64,000 nucleotides of DNA from Desulfobacterales bacterium (GTDB taxonomy: Bacteria > Desulfobacterota > Desulfobacteria > Desulfobacterales > UBA5852), in the NCBI GenBank assembly GCA_963674755.2, contig CAXXVS010000002.1, forward strand, positions 2,528,001-2,592,000. Direction: 5' to 3'. The translations under genes were made by a program, and so were the position numbers. The notes under the pieces were generated by a model that did not search any database, was not told the DNA's origin, and worked only from the letters and a program-made list of their open reading frames with translations. Position 1 is the first letter of the stretch, and every line of letters begins with the position of its first letter. Of the stretch, positions 20,470 through 30,335 are shown piece after piece.

Positions 20470-20922
20470 TCACGGCTTTGGCTTCTTGCCCTTTTCCTTG
20501 CCCTGGTGCTTGGCGTTGTCGCCGCCGTTCTCACCGTAGAGATCCTGATGCTGTTTCAAGGCGTGAAATTCTTTTGAGCCGGGCTTGATGCCGAGACTCT
20601 TGGCCAGCACCCCCCAGCCCTGGCCCTTATGATCATCGTAGCGTTCGACCACGCGCCCGATGGGCTGACCGGCGATCTCACCCAGCCGGAAAAGCATATA
20701 GGCCTCGGCCGGACTCGGAACATGGGCCAATACGGCATCGATTTCCAAATACCCTATTTTGAAACGCGCCTCCATCCTGGCCCGAAAGTCCATGGGGTTG
20801 GCCTCGGCGCGAGTGTTAACGTCCCGCATCCAGCCGAAATCCCCTGATGCCAAGACGGCCGCGCCAACCAAAATGACGGCCAGCACCATACTAAATCGTA
20901 AAATAAGCTTCATGGTCCGCAT
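20470..20922 (-). CDS. Conserved hypothetical exported protein
   Basis: Signal peptide, GQGWGVLAKSLGIKPGSKEFHALK motif and a K/G-rich tail. Confidence 0.8.
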   Translation of the reverse strand: MRTMKLILRFSMVLAVILVGAAVLASGDFGWMRDVNTRAEANPMDFRARMEARFKIGYLEIDAVLAHVPSPAEAYMLFRLGEIAGQPIGRVVERYDDHKGQGWGVLAKSLGIKPGSKEFHALKQHQDLYGENGGDNAKHQGKEKGKKPKP

Positions 20923-20969
20923 CCTTTCCGTATTTCAGCTATCGATAGGAAACACTCAGGACCTGTTTT

Positions 20970-20996
20970 TCATCGGCCGCACTTTGTATAGCCTGG
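20970..20996 (-). promoter_or_regulatory. Possible sigma28 promoter
   Basis: Minus strand reads CCAG-N15-GCCGATGA about 50 bp upstream of the 20922 start. Confidence 0.4.
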
Positions 20997-21034
20997 GGAA
21001 CCCAAATTATCAAATGCGGGGCCTATTTAGATCA

Positions 21035-21904
21035 CTAAAAATTCTCCCTGATTCTTAGAAAGGAAGGGAATCGTGGTATACCCGACGCATAAAAACCGTA
21101 ATATTTGAACGTGATAAGTGATCCGACAGGAGGCGGATTTTCTCTTACGGCATCGGAAAACCCGGTACCGATCTTGAACTCAATAGTTTTATCCGGCAAA
21201 GCCACCAGCAAGGCCCCCATTCGGCCCGCGTTCCTGCCCTTCCCTGGAAGCTGCGCGATCACCACGGCTTCCATATCGTCGTAGCTTTTGACCTTCAGGA
21301 TGTCCCGGCTGCGCCCGGGGGAATAGGGGGATCCGCGTCTTCTGAGGATGATGCCCTCTCCACCGAGCTTTTCGATGCGATGAAGCTCACTGTCCAAATA
21401 CTTCTGATTTACCACCGGCCGGTGTTCGATGACAAACGCATATGCGGAAGGATGTTCGTCAAACCACTTGGCGGCTTGGCTCAATCGCGTTTCAAATCCA
21501 CCGGGGGCTTCGGGGGCATCGAATATGGCGAACTGCAATTCCAGCCACCCGTCGTGCGACCCTTGTTGCTTGACGATACCGATGGTCTTTTCAAAGGTGT
21601 TGCGTCCCCCCCAGAGTTCCCCTTCAACCGGAAAATCCGGGAAATTGCGGGTAAACGCCGCAGGCGGATCGAAGGGGTTTCCACTCTTGGATAAGAGCCG
21701 ATGGCCGTCCCAATAGCCCCTCACTCCGTCAAGTTTCTCGCTCATCAGCCAGTCGGAAAAATTAATGTGGCCGTCGTATACAAGCGGCAGCATGACATCC
21801 GAAGCATGTATATATGATCCCGGAAAAACCGTCAGGATAACAATCAGAAGAACCATATACTTCGAAATGGTGCCATCACGAAACGCTTCCTCATTGATGA
21901 TCAT
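21035..21904 (-). CDS. Minimal ATP-dependent DNA ligase with signal peptide (Lig E type)
   Basis: SEKLDGVR (KxDG), EGIILR, ILKVK, FKIGTGFSD and PRFP motifs; hydrophobic N-terminus. Confidence 0.92.
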   Translation of the reverse strand: MIINEEAFRDGTISKYMVLLIVILTVFPGSYIHASDVMLPLVYDGHINFSDWLMSEKLDGVRGYWDGHRLLSKSGNPFDPPAAFTRNFPDFPVEGELWGGRNTFEKTIGIVKQQGSHDGWLELQFAIFDAPEAPGGFETRLSQAAKWFDEHPSAYAFVIEHRPVVNQKYLDSELHRIEKLGGEGIILRRRGSPYSPGRSRDILKVKSYDDMEAVVIAQLPGKGRNAGRMGALLVALPDKTIEFKIGTGFSDAVRENPPPVGSLITFKYYGFYASGIPRFPSFLRIRENF

Positions 21905-21991
21905 TTTTTATGCTTTCATGGTTTGTTCGGACTGGATGGAATTCACCTTTCAGAAGATCAAATGCTGCTAACGCTAATGGAAAAGCTCCGC

Positions 21992-23002
21992 TCAAAAAGT
22001 ATTCTGGGACCCGGTTCGCTCGGCGGGCGTTATATCCTTCGGGAGCGCGGCCGCCCCTAAATCCGGCGTCCGCGACGGCGGCAGGAAGGTCGACATTTCG
22101 ATGCCCATGGGCTCGGACGGCGCGGTCTCGTCTTTGCCGGCACTCTTGGGGGGCAGGATGGTCTCGATAGCCACCCGGTAGACCCGGGCCAGATGATGGG
22201 CCACTTCCGTCATGGGCAGGCCGGCCTCCACGGCGGCCAGATAGGCGTCTACGGCCCCATTGGGATCGCCCCGGCGCTCATGGAGCTGCCCCAGGACCAC
22301 CAGGGCCTCCTGGCGCTCCCGGCCAGTCGCTTCGTTGGCCGCGCCGTCGATCAGCGCCGCCGCCAGGTCGTCATCCGTCTGACCGAAGAAGAGCAGGTAG
22401 CCCGCAAAGAGCCGGTAGCGCACACTTCCTGTCAGCGGATCGGCCGTCTCGGCCATCTTTTGGCGCATCTCGCCCAAACGGCCCGGCGTGATGCCCATGG
22501 TATCGTTGGCCAGCAGCCGGAGGGGAATATCTTCTTCCAGGATGGCCTCCACCTCCGCCCGTCGATCCGCCATGACCAAAGGGTAGAGCTGATTCAGGCT
22601 TACCCCGGCCGCCTTGAGCGGCGCGCGTTCCTTGTGGACCTGGGCCACCATGATGAAGGGCTGCAGGTCTGCCTCCAGCTCCGGGTCCGCTGCAATGGCT
22701 TGCCGGTAATGCGATAGCGCTCCGGGATAGTCTTCCTGGATTAAGGATATGTTACCCAGGGCGGCGTGGGCCGGTCCGTAATCCGGGTCCATTGCGATGA
22801 CCGCTTCGAAGCCCTCTCCGGCCCCCGCATAGTCGCCCTCTTTGTAGAGCTTGCAGGCCCCCTGGTAGCGATGCAGGGTCTCTTTGCGGTAGAGTTCGGT
22901 TCGCAGACCGCTGCAGGACCAAAGGAGTGCAAGAAGAAAAATCACCAAAACTAAGAATCCAATGGTGCGGATCGGTGTCCCTATCAGTATTCTGTTTTCC
23001 AT
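21992..23002 (-). CDS. TPR-containing lipoprotein
   Basis: Lipobox LWSC; TPR motifs (DPDYGPAHAALGNI, ALVVLGQLHE); good SD. Confidence 0.85.
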   Translation of the reverse strand: MENRILIGTPIRTIGFLVLVIFLLALLWSCSGLRTELYRKETLHRYQGACKLYKEGDYAGAGEGFEAVIAMDPDYGPAHAALGNISLIQEDYPGALSHYRQAIAADPELEADLQPFIMVAQVHKERAPLKAAGVSLNQLYPLVMADRRAEVEAILEEDIPLRLLANDTMGITPGRLGEMRQKMAETADPLTGSVRYRLFAGYLLFFGQTDDDLAAALIDGAANEATGRERQEALVVLGQLHERRGDPNGAVDAYLAAVEAGLPMTEVAHHLARVYRVAIETILPPKSAGKDETAPSEPMGIEMSTFLPPSRTPDLGAAALPKDITPAERTGSQNTF

Positions 23003-23020
23003 TCCTCATTACCTCTGTTT

Positions 23021-24814
23021 TTAAAACCGCAGTCCCATGCCCACTTCCACCTGCTTTTCAAACTCGAACGCTGCGCGGTTACCCAGCGACGCATAGGTCA
23101 CCACCTGGTAACGGTGCAGAAATTCCCGGCGATATTCCACCCGCCCGAAAGCGTTAAAGCCGCTGTCCTCGGCGTTCTCACTGTAACGGCCCTGGAGCTG
23201 CACCCCCCAGCGCCGGTTGTCCCAGTCCAGGCGCAGATTGGTTTCCTCATAGGGGGAGAGCGTGGAGGCGTCGATGCTGCGTCGGATCCATTCCAGCGCC
23301 ACCCGGGCGGTCTGCTCCTCCCGCCGGTAAGCTGTGTCCAAGGTAAAACGCCAGGTGCCGCTGGCCTCCGCATCGACGCGGTTCACCTGCAAACTGGACG
23401 TCCACCAGGGGTTCCATTGGTGGGTGGCCGTCCCCAGGAAAGTGTTGCTGGTGCCGAATTCATTCTCCTGGCCGTACCAGTTGAGAAAAAAGGTGTCCCG
23501 CTCGCCGGCGGCAAAACGCAGGGAGGCATCCATTTCACGCAGGGTTTCATCGTCGCTGTGGCGGTTGAGATCAAAAAACTGCATGGTGAAGATGGGGTTT
23601 TTAAAGTAGCGCCAGGTGCTGGGGAGAACGACGTCGGCACCGGCCTCAATACCCCTGGCATCCGTGGTGACCCCGTGCAGCGGGTCGGCAAAATCGGCGA
23701 AAAAGTTCTCCCCCAGGTCGATGTAGCCGCCTGTCAACCGCAGCCGCCCCTGATCGAAGGCCGCCAGGGCCGTATAGCCGTTGTCAGTGCCCTTCACAGT
23801 GTCCTCGGTGTGAGCATATTCCACGGACAACGTTAAAGGCTCGATAATGGGCACCAGCAGGTCGGCGGCCATGGCCTGGTTGCGGTAGCGGTCCTCGCCG
23901 CCGTCGGCCAGCCGGGCCTCCTGGTGGGTGAAACCCGCCCCCCAGCGCCAGCCGCCGTCCTCCCCGAAACGCAAACGGGCCGCCGCCCCGGAGGCCTCCG
24001 TGTCCACATCCCCCTCGGTGGTGAAGGCCAGCCCCGTAGCCTGCCAGGCCCCCAACGCCTGGTCCGCCCGGAAGCCGAACTTCTTGCGTGCGCTTTTATA
24101 ATCGCTGAAGAGTTTGATGGGGTCTTCAAAGTCCCCCAGGCTGTCCCGGAACACCCCCTTGATCCGGCCCTCGGCCCAACGCTGCTCCACAAAGGCCTGG
24201 CTGGCGTCATAGTTGGTGTCCCCGCCGGGATAGGTGTCGATGGCGTCCAGGACGCCGTCCGCCCGGCGGGTGTCGTCGGCATAGGAAAGCCGGGTGCGCA
24301 CCCGCACCTGTCCTGAATCTTCATGGTTTTCCCCGTCATGACGCCAGAAGGAAGACACCGCGCCGCTGATCTTATAGCGGTGCTCTTCCGGCGGGAGAAG
24401 TTCCGGTACAGGGCCGCCTGGCGCGGCCGGCATCGCGGCGATGCGGGCCGCCACCACGCTGCGGCCAATCGTGCCGTCCTTGAAACGCGCCTCGAAGACC
24501 AGCTGGTAGTTGCCCTCGGGCAGCCGGTCGCCATTGGCATCCCGGCCGTTCCATTCAAAGATGTGGTCTCCCGCCAAAAGTTCGATAAAACGCTCTTGGA
24601 GGACCACCTGTCCCCGGAAGTCACGGATACGCACCGCCACCTCTTCGGCATCCTTGCGCAGCTCGTAGGGCACGACAAGCGGCCCCTTGTCCGGGTCGAA
24701 GATGCCTGCATCGTTCAACGGGATATTCAGGTTCTGTTGCGCTGTCGATGGGCGAGGGAAAACCATCAGCGAGACGAAAAGAAGTGTTGCGCAGATGAAC
24801 CGGGATCGAACCAT
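23021..24814 (-). CDS. FlgD-Ig domain plus predicted outer-membrane beta-barrel protein (597 aa)
   Basis: True start is ATG 24814, overlapping the upstream TGA. Signal peptide, WNGRDANGDRLPEGNY, alternating amphipathic strands, C-terminal VEVGMGLRF. Confidence 0.8.
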   Translation of the reverse strand: MVRSRFICATLLFVSLMVFPRPSTAQQNLNIPLNDAGIFDPDKGPLVVPYELRKDAEEVAVRIRDFRGQVVLQERFIELLAGDHIFEWNGRDANGDRLPEGNYQLVFEARFKDGTIGRSVVAARIAAMPAAPGGPVPELLPPEEHRYKISGAVSSFWRHDGENHEDSGQVRVRTRLSYADDTRRADGVLDAIDTYPGGDTNYDASQAFVEQRWAEGRIKGVFRDSLGDFEDPIKLFSDYKSARKKFGFRADQALGAWQATGLAFTTEGDVDTEASGAAARLRFGEDGGWRWGAGFTHQEARLADGGEDRYRNQAMAADLLVPIIEPLTLSVEYAHTEDTVKGTDNGYTALAAFDQGRLRLTGGYIDLGENFFADFADPLHGVTTDARGIEAGADVVLPSTWRYFKNPIFTMQFFDLNRHSDDETLREMDASLRFAAGERDTFFLNWYGQENEFGTSNTFLGTATHQWNPWWTSSLQVNRVDAEASGTWRFTLDTAYRREEQTARVALEWIRRSIDASTLSPYEETNLRLDWDNRRWGVQLQGRYSENAEDSGFNAFGRVEYRREFLHRYQVVTYASLGNRAAFEFEKQVEVGMGLRF

Positions 24815-27800
24815 CAGGAGCAACCCCTTACAGTGATGGCGATGGTATCGATTGCTTGAACCCCTTCGGTGGTGGTGATGGTGGCCTTGATCTCGTAGAA
24901 TCCCCCAGGCCAATATGAGCCATCCCCGCAATTCACCCTGAAGTTGGAGCCGTCGATGACGGTGACCGGGCAGGTGAGTCCGGCCCAGGGCGCATCCACG
25001 GTAATGTCGCCCAGCGTTCCGCTGCCGGTACTGTAGGTCCCCGTCACCGTCAAGTTGTTGCACTGGTCCAAATTTCCCTGGGACGGCGACGTAATGGTGA
25101 TGGCGGGCGGCGTAAAGGAAACCGTGCGGAAGATGTATCCCGCCGCCGATCCTCTTGCGCCGTTGCTGTCCGCTCCGCTCACCTCGATGGTGTTGGCGCC
25201 GTCCGCCAGTGTCACCGTGGCTTCGAAACGGCCGCCATCCCGGTTGAAGGCCACGGGCCCCTGAAGCACGCCGTTGACGCGGATCTCCATCCAGTCGATG
25301 AACTCGGCCTCGCTTGCAACGATGCCCTGCACGCGGACGCTGCCGGCCGTGGTGGTGGGGGGCATGCGGTCCAGGGTAATCGTCAGACCCGCATCGATGG
25401 GAATGGATGGCTGGTAAATCGGCAGCTTCAGGGGCAAAACAAATTCTTCCCCCGGCCCGCAATCGAGGGTGAGGTCCAAATAGGCTTCATAGGGATCGCT
25501 GATGGTCTTCTCCAGGATGTCCCTGCCGATGTCGAGGTCAAATCCTTTCATGGGAACCACGGTGCTGCCGGGCACCATAAGGCCGTAATCCACACTTGCG
25601 GTTTCCACCCGGATGTCGGTGTCCTCGGACGTCAGGCGGCCGATACAGGCCAGATCATCATCGGTGTCGTTGTGCAGGGTGATGAAAAGCCGCACCAGCT
25701 CGCCGGGATTGGCCTGCCCGTCGCCGTTTTGATGCTCGAGCTCCATCAGCGTCAGATTTTCAATAAAAAGGTCCTGGCCGCCGCTCTGATAGGCTGTGGT
25801 GATCTCGGCAGCCCTCGTGAAGCGCAGGCTGTCGCGGGCCTGGTTGCCGTGGCTGTCCGTGGCCGTGATTTCAGCCCGATGGGGACCATCGGACAACTCC
25901 AGGGGACCGTCCACCGCAAAGTAGCCGCTGGCCGGATCGAAGTAGAAATGGGATGGATCCAGGGGCTGACCGTCGATGATCAATGACAGACCGCCGATGT
26001 CCAGATCGCCCCCCATATCGATGATCATGGCGGTCAGGGCCGGCCCGCCGATTTGCCGCACCGCATCGGGCATCACCTTGAAGTCGTAGATGTAGGGGGC
26101 CAGCTTAAAATCGAAAGCCGCCGTTGTTTCGGCCCAGAGGCCTGTGGCGTCCGTGGCCCGGAAACGGGCCAGGTGCGGACCTTCCCCCACCCCGGCCGCA
26201 TAACCGGCTTTGTAGTCGAACCGGCTGCGCCAGTCAGCGTCGGGCCTATTGGAGTAGAGGGTAAGGGGCTGGAGCACCTGCTCATCCAGCCACAAGGTGG
26301 TTTTCTCGGGAACAATCCGGGAGTCGTCCCTGGCCTCGCCCGTCATGAAGGCGGAAGCATTCACGCCATTGCGGGTCGTCGACTGATTGGACGCCTGGGT
26401 TTCGGCCGTCAGGCTTACGTCAGGGGGATCACGCGGTATGACAACGTCGATATCGACAAAGCTGCGGTTGCCCGCCTTGTCCCTCGCGTAAATCCGGAAT
26501 GAAAAAAACTCTCCCTTGGGGGGTGGCGTGAACTTGCTGGTGAGAATGCCGTTTTGAAAAGTGAAATCCGGTTGGCGGCCTGCGTTGCTGCTCCGGTAGT
26601 CCCAGTGAGCGATGCTGTTGGCGGAATCGCTGCTGACGTTCATATCGATCTCAAGCTCGGACAGGGGCATGCCGTGATCGTGGATGGAAGCCTTCAGAAC
26701 CTGTGTTCCCGCATCGAACGAGGGCCGGATGACCGGCGCCAGGATGTCGCGCTCCTCGGCATGGCATTGTGTTATGACCCCTCGTCCCAGTGAGAGCCCG
26801 CATGTAAAACCCGCATTGCGCATGGGGATGTTGCGGTTGCCGGCCCGGGCCATGACGATGTAATAAAATGGTCGGCCTTTGTTTGTATTTTGCGTGCCCG
26901 TCATGGCAAGGGAGGTGCCCCCCGCCCCCCCTCCGGATGGCAGGGCCATGGGCTCATAAAGCCGCTTGTCGTAGCTCTCTCCCACGATCTCCACATACAG
27001 GGGCAACTGCTTCGAGACCGCCTTGGCACTTTCTTTGATGTTCGCGGGATCCAGGGAGCGCAGCTGGACCAGAACCAGGGATTCCGGGCTGCTGTTGAGC
27101 GGCACGAATTGACCGTTGCGGTAATAGCCCCAGGTCATGACGTCCTGGCAAATTTTCACGATGGCTTTACCCTCACCGGTCGTTCCTATGATCTGATCTA
27201 CACCCTTTGTATTCGGGCTGTAGCTGTAAGTCTTGTGTACCGTTGCCTCCGTGCTCTCCTGGGTATCCTCTTGCGGTTCGGCCTCTCCGAATACCTGGCA
27301 GCTATCCGTCGTGGTCTGTTTGGCCAGATCCGTCACGCTCAAACTCGCGGTCTGCACGGAAACCGGTGTGAAGGGCAACTCGGCGGTAAGTTCTCCCGTC
27401 TGGGAATCGAACTCCGCATCCAGACGCATACCGGAAAGCCAGAGGGCGATGGAAAGATCCTCCGGAGGGGTCCCCTCATCCTCAATCCTGGCATTTAGGG
27501 TGTTGGCCTCTCGGTCGTAACGGAAGCTCTCGATCTCCGGCGGATCCAGGCAGACCACGACATCGCCTTCGGTTGTCATGGTGCGGCTGGTGGCGCCCGC
27601 ACCGCCCGTGAGGTCCCAAAATTGGGCGTTTTTGTGGGCAGCGGCGATTTTGTAATGCACCGTTCCCTCCCGGGCCGGCCCCTGGGCCACGCAGGCCTCC
27701 CCCTGGCGCTCGAACCAGTATTTTCTTCCTAGAAACGCGAACCAGGAAGCACCCGTGTCCATCATTTCGATGGGGGCGGCCCACACTTGAGCGATAAGCT

Positions 27801-29226
27801 GATCGCCTTCCTGTTCCACCCGCAGGTTGAACGGTTCGGCGGCGGTTTCTAAATAAACCGGGATGGAAATGGTCTCGTAGGTATAGATAAACGCGTCTTC
27901 CGCTATGTGATAATAGGTGTTGTCTTCAATATCGTAGACGTCCTTTTGCTGCTGGGCTTCACAATAATCGACCTTCGACGGGTCGATACGGCAGGATACG
28001 GGGACCGTTACCAGGAGGGCGTCGATCTGGTCGCCCATGGCGGCGGGATTGACCTGATGGATCGTGAACGATACGCGGCTGTCCTTGAAATCGCTGTCTT
28101 CCAATTTGTGAGCGATGATATTGCCGGATGTGCTTTGAATCTCGATGCGATCACTGACAGCCTTTTGAAAAAAGGCGTTCATGGTGACCACTTCGGATTC
28201 CGTTTCCTTGTCGATCGCCTCCCATTGACGCATGAGTTCGCGTACTTTTTCGGGATAAGAATAGTTCTTGCCGTAGCAGCCGCGGGTAAACACATCGAGC
28301 TGCCTGTCACTTCCCACGGTCAGGGCCATGGCGCTGAAAGCGGGCTGCACAAGGAATTCCATCTCCGTTTCGATATAGGTCTCCCGCCCCTTGCATTTAT
28401 AAATTTCGAAAACCGGGGACACGAGACTCCGGATGGTGAATGTTTCGCTGGCCTGTGCCACGTTACCGGCCCGATCCTGCAGGGATACCGAAACGGTGAA
28501 ACTTGAATCGTGCGCGGCGGCGCCGTCGGGAAAGGCCACGAAAACCGTCAGACTGAGCTCGTTCGCATCGAAAGAGAAAATCCTGTCTTGAAGCGATGCG
28601 CCGCTGACCACCACGTTCAGGGCGCACTCCACCGGGTCGATGGACACGCCCGAACCTTCCTCCGGGTCGGTGATCCGAAAGCGGACCGCTCCGGCGGTGC
28701 GGGGGAAGATATCCCCCTCGGGTTCCACCCGCTCGATGAGGGGGGGCTTGGAATCCACGAAAATGAGCAGTTCTTTACGGTCCTTCTGGCTGCCCTCGCG
28801 GGTAAGGGTCTTGACCGCACCCCGGTGCCGGCCGTCGGCCAGGCCCGGTAGCTTGCCGCTCAAGTCCATTTGTCCGCCCTGCCCGGGCGCAAGTTGAATT
28901 GCAATCGCGTTGTCGTTGGCCGTGGCCTCCACCAGAGAGGGATCATCGGGAACGGCGCCGGGGGTCTGATCGGGGACCAGCGTCGCCGCCACCGCATCCC
29001 GGCCGGAGTTGACATAGACCACTTGGTCGCTAGGGGGATCCGCGGCCCAAAGCCCATGGGGACAGGCGCAGCCAACGGCTAAACCAAGCAGCAGTGCCAT
29101 CCTGAGCCTGGCGGCTGTCCATCGCAACCGGGCTATGGCACGGCAAACGGAACTGAAAACGCCGGATGCTATGGCCGGCAAGAAACATCTGCGGACACTT
29201 TGCGGGAATCGTCGATACGGGGTCAT
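24814..29226 (-). CDS. Large exported protein with multiple Ig-like repeats
   Basis: 1470-codon ORF with repeated D..PP.I ... D.AGN-type modules and a hydrophobic leader. The start may be ATG 29100. Confidence 0.85.
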   Translation of the reverse strand: MTPYRRFPQSVRRCFLPAIASGVFSSVCRAIARLRWTAARLRMALLLGLAVGCACPHGLWAADPPSDQVVYVNSGRDAVAATLVPDQTPGAVPDDPSLVEATANDNAIAIQLAPGQGGQMDLSGKLPGLADGRHRGAVKTLTREGSQKDRKELLIFVDSKPPLIERVEPEGDIFPRTAGAVRFRITDPEEGSGVSIDPVECALNVVVSGASLQDRIFSFDANELSLTVFVAFPDGAAAHDSSFTVSVSLQDRAGNVAQASETFTIRSLVSPVFEIYKCKGRETYIETEMEFLVQPAFSAMALTVGSDRQLDVFTRGCYGKNYSYPEKVRELMRQWEAIDKETESEVVTMNAFFQKAVSDRIEIQSTSGNIIAHKLEDSDFKDSRVSFTIHQVNPAAMGDQIDALLVTVPVSCRIDPSKVDYCEAQQQKDVYDIEDNTYYHIAEDAFIYTYETISIPVYLETAAEPFNLRVEQEGDQLIAQVWAAPIEMMDTGASWFAFLGRKYWFERQGEACVAQGPAREGTVHYKIAAAHKNAQFWDLTGGAGATSRTMTTEGDVVVCLDPPEIESFRYDREANTLNARIEDEGTPPEDLSIALWLSGMRLDAEFDSQTGELTAELPFTPVSVQTASLSVTDLAKQTTTDSCQVFGEAEPQEDTQESTEATVHKTYSYSPNTKGVDQIIGTTGEGKAIVKICQDVMTWGYYRNGQFVPLNSSPESLVLVQLRSLDPANIKESAKAVSKQLPLYVEIVGESYDKRLYEPMALPSGGGAGGTSLAMTGTQNTNKGRPFYYIVMARAGNRNIPMRNAGFTCGLSLGRGVITQCHAEERDILAPVIRPSFDAGTQVLKASIHDHGMPLSELEIDMNVSSDSANSIAHWDYRSSNAGRQPDFTFQNGILTSKFTPPPKGEFFSFRIYARDKAGNRSFVDIDVVIPRDPPDVSLTAETQASNQSTTRNGVNASAFMTGEARDDSRIVPEKTTLWLDEQVLQPLTLYSNRPDADWRSRFDYKAGYAAGVGEGPHLARFRATDATGLWAETTAAFDFKLAPYIYDFKVMPDAVRQIGGPALTAMIIDMGGDLDIGGLSLIIDGQPLDPSHFYFDPASGYFAVDGPLELSDGPHRAEITATDSHGNQARDSLRFTRAAEITTAYQSGGQDLFIENLTLMELEHQNGDGQANPGELVRLFITLHNDTDDDLACIGRLTSEDTDIRVETASVDYGLMVPGSTVVPMKGFDLDIGRDILEKTISDPYEAYLDLTLDCGPGEEFVLPLKLPIYQPSIPIDAGLTITLDRMPPTTTAGSVRVQGIVASEAEFIDWMEIRVNGVLQGPVAFNRDGGRFEATVTLADGANTIEVSGADSNGARGSAAGYIFRTVSFTPPAITITSPSQGNLDQCNNLTVTGTYSTGSGTLGDITVDAPWAGLTCPVTVIDGSNFRVNCGDGSYWPGGFYEIKATITTTEGVQAIDTIAITVRGCS

Positions 29227-29427
29227 AGGCTCGGCATTCGATAAGGTTGAGACCCCTTAGGGGGTCAGACAGGATAAACCGGGTGGCGCCATTGCATGGC
29301 GCACGTCCCCGGCGCGCCCCTGGTGATGGGTGCCCCTGTCACCTGGTGCGCATGATGAAGTGGTCTTGAAGGCGCGTCAGCGTAATGGCCGGACAGCCGT
29401 CCTTCGATCCGATAACGACTCTGTCCA

Positions 29428-29445
29428 TGGCAAAATGAGTGCCAA
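29428..29445 (-). promoter_or_regulatory. Sigma54 promoter facing the Ig-protein operon
   Basis: Minus strand reads TTGGCACTCATTTTGCCA, i.e. GG-N10-GC with TGGCAC and TTGC. Confidence 0.65.
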
Positions 29446-29942
29446 CTCCCCCTACGCAGAATGATTAACGGGACGCATGGGTCCCCGTGGACGAGGCATA
29501 GATGGCGGTCGACTCCGGGGAACCAAAGGCAGGTTAGCGTGGAAAATCAGAACCATATTTTGACGGTGGGGTGTTCAAGTTTATCCCTCCAAGGGGAATC
29601 GCGGCATGATCAAAAAAAAGTTTTCTGCCCGACAGCTTGCTTTCCGCAAACCGTGGCAAGGTTGTTCAGGCTGGCTGTCCGCCCTGTAAGATGGGCGGCC
29701 TGCCTTGCAAAATGGGCACCGGTGGCAGGCAAAATCGTGTTCGCGGGCCGGCCGTCTCGCCATCCGAGAACTTGTCCACAGCCGTCACCTAACGGATGAT
29801 CTTGCAGAAACATATCTGGTAGGCACGATAAAACCGCCCCGAAAGCGATGACGATAAAAAGCTCAAGATATCGGCAGCAATAACCGATAAGATTTCCAAG
29901 TCTGTTATGTCAGCCCTTTTGAGGAGGTCCACAACGAAACGC

Positions 29943-30335
29943 ATGAAAGTCGATGTAACGGTAATCGCAGAGTTTCCGGAAGGTATGTCCCATGAGGTCA
30001 TCGCCAAGCTGGCCAAAGCCACCCGACATCCCGCTGCTTCCCAAAAAACCACAGTAAGCTGTGACGGCCTCAAATGCCTTCCAGGCCGCCCACCCCGCCG
30101 CCGTGTGGCCTGGGAAACGGACGGCATCGATTTCAAACATGCCATCCCGGATGAGGTCTTTCATGCCCGCATTCAGGCCGCAGCCAAATATGGCATTAAA
30201 CTGCAACGCACGATCCGCAGGGGGGAGAACGACGAAACCGACAGCCCCGGAAGGGGCCAGAACGTCTTTTGGACTTGGGGCGAGGGTGATCTCATGGAAC
30301 TTGCTCCGCCGCCGCTGCCGAACACCGCCCCCTAA
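29943..30335 (+). CDS. Hypothetical protein
   Basis: Open frame preceded by a sigma28-like motif (29863-29890) and GAGGAGG at 29921; no recognisable domain. Confidence 0.4.
   Translation: MKVDVTVIAEFPEGMSHEVIAKLAKATRHPAASQKTTVSCDGLKCLPGRPPRRRVAWETDGIDFKHAIPDEVFHARIQAAAKYGIKLQRTIRRGENDETDSPGRGQNVFWTWGEGDLMELAPPPLPNTAP

Noticed and set aside
24817..25462. N-terminal 216 codons of the 813-aa ORF
   Set aside because: This is an out-of-frame overlap with the Ig-protein gene. The signal peptide begins at ATG 24814.
23021..29226. Type IX secretion or flagellar assignment based on FlgD_ig
   Set aside because: The domain is N-terminal on a barrel, and no por/gld/spr or flagellar genes are present in the window.
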